Virus record (IMG/VR): IMGVR_UViG_3300029309_000064
Location: 1-51,660 of that record
Strand: one strand, 5' to 3'
Length of the DNA: 51,660 nucleotides
DNA from: a virus
Lineage: Duplodnaviria; Caudoviricetes
This document shows positions 19,334 to 26,758 of this stretch, piece by piece. The notes below the pieces were generated by a model. The model was not told where the DNA came from. It saw only the letters and a list, made by a program, of their open reading frames with translations, and did not search any database. A program made the translations under genes and the position numbers. How positions within the stretch are numbered: the stretch's first letter is position 1; each line of letters begins with the position of its first letter.

Positions 19334-19599
19334 TACTCACCGTATCCTCGTGTTCGATTAGGGTCTAGGACTTCATGTGACTCCAAGTACCCTTCCATGT
19401 ACATAGCTCTCTCTACATGATCTAAATCATACTTAATTCCTGTACGATTGTAAATAGCTTCACGCACATAGAATACATCTGACTTAGGAATGTGTACTTT
19501 ATGTAAGAAACGTGTGTCCTCTGATGCTAAAGCTTCATAAAAGTCTTCAATAACAGACTCACTTGCATATAGTTGTACCTTTTTTTTGTACATTGTCAA
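19333..19599 (-). CDS. Hypothetical protein, first gene of the late operon (about 85 aa)
   Basis: ORF track; coupled to the next gene. Confidence 0.6.
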   Translation of the reverse strand: MTMYKKKVQLYASESVIEDFYEALASEDTRFLHKVHIPKSDVFYVREAIYNRTGIKYDLDHVERAMYMEGYLESHEVLDPNRTRGYGE

Positions 19600-19611
19600 G
19601 TCTTTATTTAA

Positions 19612-19745
19612 GGAAAAAGATAAAAAGTACTACAAACGTCTAGATGTACATGAGGGAGAGGAGACACAGATGGAGTTGTATCATCTGAACGTCTGTAGTA
19701 CTTATAGTTTAACTACAAGTTATTATTATTATAGTAGTTATGTAA
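19612..19745 (-). ncRNA. Candidate small RNA: long hairpin with anti-RBS loop and intrinsic terminator
   Basis: Stem 19626-19702 (AGUACUACAGACGU/ACGUUUGUAGUACU), loop ACUCCAUCUGUGUCUCCUCUCCCUCA, then UUUUAUCUUUUU; upstream TTGACA at 19776-19771; 5' end approximate. Confidence 0.6.
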
Positions 19746-19871
19746 TTATATTATCATATATTTAATTATATGTCAATAGTTTATTTATATTTAATTATAT
19801 TATTGTTAGTTTAACTATAAGTTGTACTATCCTATGTCCAATTCTTTATGTTTTTACTATAAAGTTTAACT
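19706..19871. repeat. Three copies of AGTTTAACT in an AT-rich intergenic tract
   Basis: Copies at 19706-19714, 19808-19816 and 19863-19871. Confidence 0.6.
19748..19776 (-). promoter_or_regulatory. Sigma70-like promoter TTGACA-17-TAATAT
   Basis: Perfect -35; AT-rich -10 region. Confidence 0.5.
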
Positions 19872-19890
19872 TAGCTGCTACTGCTACGCA

Positions 19891-19918
19891 GTTATACATA
19901 AAAATATACCCTAGTCAA
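19891..19918 (-). promoter_or_regulatory. Late promoter TTGACT-16-TATAAC
   Basis: Shares TATGTATAACTGYGTA and the 16-nt spacer with the capsid promoter. Confidence 0.65.
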
Positions 19919-20955
19919 GTAGTAACGTTACGTAACTTTACTCATATTTCTTTAATAGCTTGTATTATTAGACAAACAACCATGTCCGTATACAAAATAT
20001 AGTACTCTAAAAGTAAAAATCCCGTGTGTTGCAGAGTATGTATACATATACGGCATACCCCCCGATGGCCCTCGCCCGACCCCACTATCGTTCTTAGTCT
20101 GATTGCGGCATTTCATAGGTCAAAAGCGACATAGTAAAACTAAAAAGAGCAATTCAAAACCGATTCATACTCATAAGTTATTGTTTTTATTACACTTTAT
20201 TACAGATAGGGTATCAGTAAACTTAGGAATTGGACTTATTTACGTTCAAATCTGGACTGATTCGCTGAAAACAAATAGTGGATGCACAACTTAGAACGAA
20301 TCAGGAACAAACGCAGCTTTTAGAACAACACGAGAACATTACCAGTATATCCCCCATGTCATGCTGCACAGATACACCCCAAGCTTTTTTTGCCATTATA
20401 ATGTATAAAACTTTTTTTGTTTATCGTGCATTTTTTTCTTGCAATATGTTTTTGTTTCGTGTCATGGTTATCACATGGAAAGCAGAACACAGCGAAACAT
20501 TCGAAAGACTAAGTTTCCAACATGACGCACCACGCAAGGCCTAGCAATCAAGTGGGCCACGAATAAAAGACTAAACTAATACTTGACTACCAAACTACAA
20601 ACTGACAGACTAAATGTAACAAAACAGAAAGGACAACCAAAGCGACACACAAAAGATTAGACATAAACGTAGCAATAGCGCATAGCCTAGCGCAAGAATA
20701 AAGCGTGAATGGAGCCTGGATTTCCAGTGCCTCTTGGCCCGACGATAAGTCACGATAGCAATAAATGTGTACGGCACTAAGCTATCTGAAAGAGTTGGCA
20801 TACTCATACCCATTGAAAAGATGATAACCTACTGATTGTCTTTGGATGTTTTTTGTTATGACACAAGCTGACTAATTTAGGCCAACCTAAACTTATGCTT
20901 GACGTATGGGTTGGCTTGTGTCTTACTGAACACATCAACACAATGAGGTGACACA

Positions 20956-21117
20956 ATGACATTATATACCCTACCCCATAAATTTACCGTACATCGTTCT
21001 AAAATAGATGGGACTAGCTTTGTTCTAATGTGTAACGGTAATTTTGTTTCTTGTGCAGAAACGCTAGATGATATTTTTATCACCTATGGTAATCAATTGA
21101 AATATGCAAAAGGGTAA
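20956..21117 (+). CDS. 53-aa early hypothetical protein
   Basis: GAGGTG RBS, ATG 20956, MTLYTLPHKFTVHRSKIDG... Confidence 0.55.
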   Translation: MTLYTLPHKFTVHRSKIDGTSFVLMCNGNFVSCAETLDDIFITYGNQLKYAKG

Positions 21118-21123
21118 GACACC

Positions 21124-21711
21124 ATGACACAATACACACGCAACATTCTTAAAGTGTACAAGCAATGCACTAGTGATGAGATACAACACGGCATGACTTG
21201 GTACGCTGACGCTAAGTCTGACGCTCAAAGCATGGCTGACAAGTACGAGCTACCATTGCACATTGTAGTTGGCGTAATTGCCGCACTCAGTCCGACTAAT
21301 CGCTGGGAGCGTAATTTGATTGACGCTGACAATATGCTTGATGTCTTTGTATCAGGCGGCTATGTTGAAAGCTGTACACCATGTACGTACAAGACGATGC
21401 GAGACAAAGCGTGGTCTATCCTACAGACTACACCACATGACGCTGACGCTGTAGCTTTCATACTCAAAGGGCCAAAGATTACAGACTTCTTTTACTGTAT
21501 TATGGGTGAGAATGTATGCGTCATTGACGGACACGCTTGGTGCATCGCTAACAATGACAGACGCACTATGCAGGAAGTACCAAGCATAGGTAAGAAGCTA
21601 CGTGCTGAACTACAAGAGTGCTACAGACGTGCAGCGAAGAAACATGGCATCACAGCATATCAGATGCAAGCTGCGACTTGGGTAGCGTGGAAACGTATTC
21701 ACAATGTTTAG
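21124..21711 (+). CDS. Conserved early phage protein (DUF7178-like; possibly HhH glycosylase-like fold)
   Basis: WY...GVIAALSP..RWERN...GPKITDFF...VIDGHA...QMQAATW motifs. Confidence 0.6.
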   Translation: MTQYTRNILKVYKQCTSDEIQHGMTWYADAKSDAQSMADKYELPLHIVVGVIAALSPTNRWERNLIDADNMLDVFVSGGYVESCTPCTYKTMRDKAWSILQTTPHDADAVAFILKGPKITDFFYCIMGENVCVIDGHAWCIANNDRRTMQEVPSIGKKLRAELQECYRRAAKKHGITAYQMQAATWVAWKRIHNV

Positions 21712-21713
21712 GC

Positions 21714-21742
21714 TTGACAAATAAACTAAACTATGATCTAAC
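21714..21742 (+). promoter_or_regulatory. Possible early promoter TTGACA-17-TCTAAC
   Basis: Perfect -35 in the intergenic gap; weak -10. Confidence 0.4.
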
Positions 21743-21770
21743 TATATCGAACACATAAAGGAGACACATC

Positions 21771-21998
21771 ATGTTCGTACTATTCGCAACCAAGCCACTT
21801 AACGATGGCACTAACGGATTCCGTTTCAACTTTGCAGGTGTCAAAGGTCTGACACGTAAGCGCAAGCACGCGAGCCGTGGCTTCAAGATTACACGTAATG
21901 ATTGCATGACTGCACTGCACTTAGGCAAGCGTACCATCTACGTAGAACAAAAGTTTAACCGTAACACTAAGCGTAAGCTTTGCCACTTTGCAGGTTGA
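21771..21998 (+). CDS. Basic early protein (75 aa)
   Basis: AAGGAGAC RBS; ORF track. Confidence 0.7.
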   Translation: MFVLFATKPLNDGTNGFRFNFAGVKGLTRKRKHASRGFKITRNDCMTALHLGKRTIYVEQKFNRNTKRKLCHFAG

Positions 21999-22000
21999 TT

Positions 22001-22168
22001 ATGCTGACACACATGACTAGGGATATCTTGGCAGAGGCATGGCACGATTGTGTCTCTGCAAGAGATAAACTAAAAGCACTAGATGAGTTTTACTTTTCTT
22101 GTGTACACGAAGACACAGTGAAAAAGCTAGACGATAGCTTGCACACAATAGCTGAACTACTCAATTGA
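22001..22168 (+). CDS. Hypothetical protein (55 aa)
   Basis: ATG at 22001 within ORF 21980-22168, AGGT upstream. Confidence 0.5.
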   Translation: MLTHMTRDILAEAWHDCVSARDKLKALDEFYFSCVHEDTVKKLDDSLHTIAELLN

Positions 22169-22183
22169 ACAGGAGACTGCTTA

Positions 22184-22309
22184 ATGTTTAAGATGTATTA
22201 CGAATGTCCATGTGGTGAAGAGTGGGAAATGGAATGGGAGTGCTGTTGTAATGATCGTTGCCCATCATGCAACAGAGAAAATGAAGCAGTAGATATTGAG
22301 GATATATAG
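22184..22309 (+). CDS. 41-aa acidic zinc-ribbon-like protein MFKMYYECPCGEEWEMEWECCCNDRCPSCNRENEAVDIEDI
   Basis: AGGAGAC RBS; CPC and CPSC motifs; below cutoff. Confidence 0.65.
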   Translation: MFKMYYECPCGEEWEMEWECCCNDRCPSCNRENEAVDIEDI

Positions 22310-22327
22310 TAAAGGAGATATGAGACA

Positions 22328-22732
22328 ATGACAACTTTTACAAAACCAGTACTACGTGAATTAAGTAATCAACTGCAAACTTTGCTTGACAACAGTAAAT
22401 ACATAGGCACAGCGAAAGGCTTGAACGACTACGCCTTTGAGCTAGGCAACTGTAAATATGACGAAGGCGAAGCTACCTTTCAACTCAAGGTGCTTATCAA
22501 AGGTAGTAAGTCTAGACAAGAGAGAGATCTTGAAGACTTAGCAAAACTCAGTGACCTTGACACAACCAAGATTGCCACATTGCAAGGCATGAAAGTGTCA
22601 CTTGTAGGGTACAACACTAGAGCACGTAAACGCCCTTGGCTAATTCAAGACTTGACAACGGCTAAACAATATGTCTTAGATGATTACCAAGCCAGGCGTT
22701 TGTTTGGTGTAGTAGAAACAGAGGTATCTTGA
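22328..22732 (+). CDS. Hypothetical protein (134 aa)
   Basis: AAGGAG RBS; LVGYNTRARKRP motif. Confidence 0.7.
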   Translation: MTTFTKPVLRELSNQLQTLLDNSKYIGTAKGLNDYAFELGNCKYDEGEATFQLKVLIKGSKSRQERDLEDLAKLSDLDTTKIATLQGMKVSLVGYNTRARKRPWLIQDLTTAKQYVLDDYQARRLFGVVETEVS

Positions 22733-22735
22733 TAT

Positions 22736-22830
22736 GGGGAGTACGCTGGTGCGTTAATCTTATCTGTGGCAATATAGATAAGAGCCTAATTGTCTAGGTG
22801 TGGGGGGTTCAATTCCCTCACTCCTCACCA
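22736..22830 (+). ncRNA. tRNA-like RNA with CCA end but no anticodon loop
   Basis: Acceptor GGGGAGU/ACUCCUC-A-CCA, T arm GGGGG-UUCAAUU-CCCUC, D-like ACGC-UGGU-GCGU, 11-bp stem with GCAA loop, long variable arm. Confidence 0.7.
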
Positions 22831-22872
22831 TGAAACAAAATATGAGTTTAACAGTTTAGAGGAGACTACACA

Positions 22873-23208
22873 ATGAAACTTACAATCAACACAAACGCTT
22901 TCCCTGATGTACCAGAAGAACACCTCAAGGAAATGCTTGGCATATTACCCTATTGGGTACGTGAGTATAACCTTCTAGGTGAGGGCATGGACATTTTAAA
23001 CTTTATGACTGAACGGTATGGCTTTGGTAGCTTGCACCAATTCAAGGGTGGCGTACAAGAGGACGGTACGTACAGCTATCCAGAAGATCCTGACCTGCCA
23101 TACATAGGAAAGATGAACACACCCAACGGCTACGTGTACTTCTATCAGTACGCTATGCTTGCACTACCGTTGCCTAATGGTGAATACTTTGTAACAAGGA
23201 TGGACTAA
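22873..23208 (+). CDS. Hypothetical protein (111 aa)
   Basis: GAGGAG RBS; YPEDPDL..., FYQYA and VTRMD motifs. Confidence 0.7.
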   Translation: MKLTINTNAFPDVPEEHLKEMLGILPYWVREYNLLGEGMDILNFMTERYGFGSLHQFKGGVQEDGTYSYPEDPDLPYIGKMNTPNGYVYFYQYAMLALPLPNGEYFVTRMD

Positions 23209-23365
23209 TGTATTATGTAGAAACAAGAGTAGTGTTTAGAGTTGGTAATGAGTCAGATGCAAAAGACCTTTGGTGGTTAGAGGAAGCAATAGAAAAATAT
23301 CTTAGAGTAAATGAAGAGATTGTTTGTATTGATGCACCAAAGGTGACAAGGATGGACTGATGTAT
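23191..23365. repeat. 23-bp direct repeat GTRACAAGGATGGACTRATGTAT
   Basis: Copies at 23191-23213 and 23343-23365, 21/23 identical. Confidence 0.8.
23208..23360 (+). CDS. 50-aa hypothetical protein flanked by direct repeats
   Basis: TAATG coupling; ends in VTRMD like the upstream gene. Confidence 0.55.
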   Translation: MYYVETRVVFRVGNESDAKDLWWLEEAIEKYLRVNEEIVCIDAPKVTRMD

Positions 23366-23536
23366 ATCTTACTTATACTTATGGCTTCTTGGATGGCTAT
23401 GATAATAACGTCAACCTTACTAGTACAGCTAGGCGTAGACAAAAAAGCTATTGACACCATAGATATCTTTGTGATATACGTTCAGATATTCTTAATAACT
23501 TACACACTAAGGAGACTAAAACAATGGATGATGTAA
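23360..23536 (+). CDS. 58-aa membrane protein with two hydrophobic segments
   Basis: TGATG coupling; MYILLILMASWMAMIITSTLLVQLG... Confidence 0.4.
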   Translation: MYILLILMASWMAMIITSTLLVQLGVDKKAIDTIDIFVIYVQIFLITYTLRRLKQWMM

Positions 23537-23688
23537 TACCTCTACAGCAATACAGCGTAGACTTGCAGCGTGAGATTGACGATGCAGAATGGCTTGGCGA
23601 GTTTGATCGTGCTGATGCAGACAAACGAGAGCTTGAAGATGTCAAGCGTATGATTGACAATGGCGAACTATGGTATGCAACATTCTAA
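23524..23688 (+). CDS. 54-aa acidic protein MDDVIPLQQYSVDLQREIDDAEW...
   Basis: AAGGAGAC RBS; TTGACA at 23451 upstream. Confidence 0.65.
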   Translation: MDDVIPLQQYSVDLQREIDDAEWLGEFDRADADKRELEDVKRMIDNGELWYATF

Positions 23689-23700
23689 GGAGAGAGAGAC

Positions 23701-24006
23701 ATGATTATTGAAGATCAAACAGTAGAAGTAAAAGTATGGGATCACAATGACGCAGTTATCTTTGTGTATGAAAGTATACACGAGAAGACAGATGAATTAC
23801 ACGAGGGTGTACCTGTTTGGAAGGGCTATAAAAAAGTTCTTACTGCCATACCTGTAAACTTTTGTTACGGTTCTTTATCTAAAGATGAACAGCTAGATAA
23901 GGTATGCAAAGTAGCTGATGCATTGAGTGAATTGTACTCTGATGATGATTCAAATGAAATAGGTGTCTCTTACTACATCAACCATGATCCGTATGTAAAT
24001 TGCTAA
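23701..24006 (+). CDS. Acidic hypothetical protein (101 aa)
   Basis: AAGGAG RBS; ORF track. Confidence 0.65.
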   Translation: MIIEDQTVEVKVWDHNDAVIFVYESIHEKTDELHEGVPVWKGYKKVLTAIPVNFCYGSLSKDEQLDKVCKVADALSELYSDDDSNEIGVSYYINHDPYVNC

Positions 24007-24007
24007 C

Positions 24008-24100
24008 ATGGTAGCTGGATCACAGATAATCTTACCGTTCTTGATAGCTTACGTAGGTGGCTTCATCTACTTCTACTTGAAAGGTAGTGACGAGGAGTAA
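24008..24100 (+). CDS. 30-aa single-TM peptide
   Basis: MVAGSQIILPFLIAYVGGFIYFYLKGSDEE; fills the gap. Confidence 0.4.
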   Translation: MVAGSQIILPFLIAYVGGFIYFYLKGSDEE

Positions 24101-24103
24101 CGT

Positions 24104-24313
24104 ATGGCCTTGTACATTAAAAGAGTTCTTATCGCCCTCTCAGTATTGGTTAATGTAATACTTGGCGGTATGAACAACCAAACGTTTAGCGCTAGGAATT
24201 GGCAATGGAGAAGGGATCGTAAGCCTAACTTGGTTTGGTTGATTGATCTCACAGTAGGGAAAGGACACTGTTCAGAATGTTGGGTTTACTGGAAGACACG
24301 CAGGAAATGGTAA
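24104..24313 (+). CDS. Small conserved protein (69 aa)
   Basis: GAGGAG RBS; NVILGG.NNQTFSAR...HC motif. Confidence 0.6.
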   Translation: MALYIKRVLIALSVLVNVILGGMNNQTFSARNWQWRRDRKPNLVWLIDLTVGKGHCSECWVYWKTRRKW

Positions 24314-25197
24314 AGGCTAAGACAGTACAGCAGTTAGTGTACGCATACTTAAAGTCAGATGCGTTTCGCAAGCTAGGCCAAGCTTCACAAAAAGACTACT
24401 ATGACTGCCTAAGTATAATAGAAGATGGATTAGGACATATCAGTCTCAAGTCAGGCTTGACTGTACCTACCATGCAGAAACACTACAACGCTTGGCTTGT
24501 ACGTGGAGTTCATCGTGCAAACAAGATAGCTGCGATCATGTCTATACTTATTAATTGGGCTACGAAGAATAACTTACGTGTCTTCAACCCTATGCCGTAC
24601 ATAGACAAGACACCTAACCCACCTCGCAAAGTTACATGGGAGCCAAGCCAGGTTAAGCTGTTCTTGGATACAGCGTACAGCCAGTGGAAGTGGCGATCCA
24701 TAGGCTTGATTGTACACATGGCTTACGAGTGGGGGCAACGTGTAGGTGATATGCGTATGCTGTTATGGAACGCTATAGACTTAGACAAAGGACGCTGTGA
24801 CTTTGAGCAAAGCAAACGAGGTGAGGCAGTGCACTTGCCTATCAGTGATGGCTTGATGCACGTACTGAGACAACAACACGAAACGTTTAGCTTTCAAGTC
24901 TTGGTAGCTCCACAGATACAGCCTAGTGATGGAGCGTACAAGCCATACACGAAGGAAGGTCTTCACGTACACGTCAATGCAATACTGGAGGAAGCTGGAC
25001 TGCCAAGCCACCTGACAGCTATGGATATGAGGCGTACAGCTATTACTGAAATGGTTGAAGCTGGTGTAGATATAACACAGATCAAACAAGTTAGTGGTCA
25101 CACCAGTATAAATAGCTTGACTCCGTATATCAAACACACGTATACTGGTGCATCAGAAGCATTAGCCCAGCGCAGTGCGTACAAGGATAAAGAGTGA
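24307..25197 (+). CDS. int: Tyrosine recombinase / integrase
   Basis: Catalytic set GQRVGD (R), DMRRT, SGH and PY; ATG at 24307 within ORF 24277-25197. Confidence 0.88.
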   Translation: MVKAKTVQQLVYAYLKSDAFRKLGQASQKDYYDCLSIIEDGLGHISLKSGLTVPTMQKHYNAWLVRGVHRANKIAAIMSILINWATKNNLRVFNPMPYIDKTPNPPRKVTWEPSQVKLFLDTAYSQWKWRSIGLIVHMAYEWGQRVGDMRMLLWNAIDLDKGRCDFEQSKRGEAVHLPISDGLMHVLRQQHETFSFQVLVAPQIQPSDGAYKPYTKEGLHVHVNAILEEAGLPSHLTAMDMRRTAITEMVEAGVDITQIKQVSGHTSINSLTPYIKHTYTGASEALAQRSAYKDKE

Positions 25198-25829
25198 TGA
25201 AATCTTGTAAAACATGCGGTAAAGATACTGATGAATTATATAAACATCATATAATCCCTATAGCTAATGGAGGTAAAGACAAAAAAGAAAACATTATAGA
25301 TATATGTGTAGATTGTCATAGCATAGCACATGATGTAAGTTTTAAAAGTTCTAAAGGCCCAATTAAAAATGGAATTAAAAAAACAAAAGATGCACATGCT
25401 TACTTCTGTACTCTTGACGATAATTTTTGGTTAAGTTTTTTTGATGATTTGAATTTTGAAAATAACTATCTATATTGCTTTGTATGGGGAGGTTTTATGT
25501 GTGGTGAAATATCTGGATCAGATTTGATACGTATGTTAGAAGATAATTTTAAAAAAAGAAAGAACATAATAAACATAAGTGATAAAACCATAAGAGACAT
25601 TAAAAGTATATATGAATATCGTAAAGAAGTAGATGCATTTAAAGATAAATTAAAGCAGGAAAAATCTAAAAAAAACTACCCATCAAATAGAGTATCTAAA
25701 GTGGACAATAAAAAAATTAAAGAGTTACTAGATCAGGGTTTAAACAAAGCAGAGGTAGCAAGAACTCTTAACGTAAGTAGGATGACGGTTTATAGAGCAA
25801 TTAATATTAAGGATAACACAGATGGATAA
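25194..25829 (+). CDS. HNH endonuclease with C-terminal helix-turn-helix
   Basis: CKTC...HHIIPIANGG...N...CVDCH; C-terminal NKAEVARTLNVSRMTVYR; more A-rich than its neighbours. Confidence 0.8.
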   Translation: MMKSCKTCGKDTDELYKHHIIPIANGGKDKKENIIDICVDCHSIAHDVSFKSSKGPIKNGIKKTKDAHAYFCTLDDNFWLSFFDDLNFENNYLYCFVWGGFMCGEISGSDLIRMLEDNFKKRKNIINISDKTIRDIKSIYEYRKEVDAFKDKLKQEKSKKNYPSNRVSKVDNKKIKELLDQGLNKAEVARTLNVSRMTVYRAINIKDNTDG

Positions 25830-26637
25830 CTACATAGAAGAGACACTGGACTTAACTGAGGGTGAGTCGATACGCAAGGCTTGTCCTAAGTGTGGTAGCA
25901 AGAATACTTTCACTGCACGTAAGGTTGACGGTAGGATTATCTATAACTGTTATAAATTATCGTGCGATCTCAAAGGCATGGTGTCCACAGCTATGACTGC
26001 AGAAGAGATGGATTCTTACTTTAGGAAGCCCTTAGTAGAAACATACAACAATAACAAAGAGTTAACCACCTTTGTTTATCCAGAGAACGTAGTCGATGGC
26101 AGCGCTGCACAAGATGGACAACTACGTAGATTTATTATGCGTTGGCCTATACTTAACCATGAAAAGTTAATGTATGACGTTAAGGATAAACGTGCAGTCT
26201 TTCCTATCTATGAGGATAATAGATTAGTAGATGCAATAGGACGTGCGTTAGATGGAGCTATACCAAAGTGGTATAGATACAATGGTGTAGGAAGTTGCTA
26301 CAAGAGGTGTATAGGTAAACCTAATGGCGTATATGTTATAGTCGAAGATGTTATCAGTGCTATCACTGTGGCTAAACGTATGCCAGGAACTACTGGCTTT
26401 GCTATACTTGGCACTAGCTTGACACAGGATCATCTAGCTGATATAAGTGACAATGCGTCATGCTGTCTGGTTGCACTTGATCCTGATGCACTAAGTAAGA
26501 GTATGCAGTTTAGTAAAAAGATACAACTTTGGACTGACTTACCTGCTTGGGTGTTGCACGTTGAGGATGATATCAAGTATGAACGTAAGAATGATATGGA
26601 TACTTTAAGGAGTCTGATAGATGGAGCGATTGAATAA
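25822..26637 (+). CDS. DNA primase (zinc finger plus TOPRIM)
   Basis: CPKC...CYKLSC; IVEDVISA; ALDPDA. Confidence 0.85.
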   Translation: MDNYIEETLDLTEGESIRKACPKCGSKNTFTARKVDGRIIYNCYKLSCDLKGMVSTAMTAEEMDSYFRKPLVETYNNNKELTTFVYPENVVDGSAAQDGQLRRFIMRWPILNHEKLMYDVKDKRAVFPIYEDNRLVDAIGRALDGAIPKWYRYNGVGSCYKRCIGKPNGVYVIVEDVISAITVAKRMPGTTGFAILGTSLTQDHLADISDNASCCLVALDPDALSKSMQFSKKIQLWTDLPAWVLHVEDDIKYERKNDMDTLRSLIDGAIE

Positions 26638-26758
26638 ACAGAATCCTATAGCTAAAGATTTGCGGCAACCTAAGTACAAGCAACGAGTTATACCTGATAA
26701 GAAAAAACCTAAACCAGTACGGAAAGAAAAGCATAAAGGAAATAAGGATGAAGTATAA
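26621..26758 (+). CDS. 45-aa basic ArfA-like protein MERLNKQNPIAKDLRQPKYKQRVIPDKKKPKPVRKEKHKGNKDEV
   Basis: AAGGAG RBS; fills the primase-nuclease gap; N..A..L..P.(F/Y).QRV...KK....RK.KH pattern as in ArfA. Confidence 0.55.
   Translation: MERLNKQNPIAKDLRQPKYKQRVIPDKKKPKPVRKEKHKGNKDEV

Noticed and set aside
20103-20544. ORFs 20103-20294 and 20278-20544
   Set aside because: No convincing RBS or protein-like features; region looks regulatory
20781-20810. Hammerhead ribozyme core at CTGAAAGAG
   Set aside because: Does not fit CUGANGA and no GAAA follows the adjacent stem
22736-22830. Calling the element a normal tRNA or a tmRNA
   Set aside because: No 7-nt anticodon loop with U33; no G3-U70 pair, tag reading frame or pseudoknots of tmRNA
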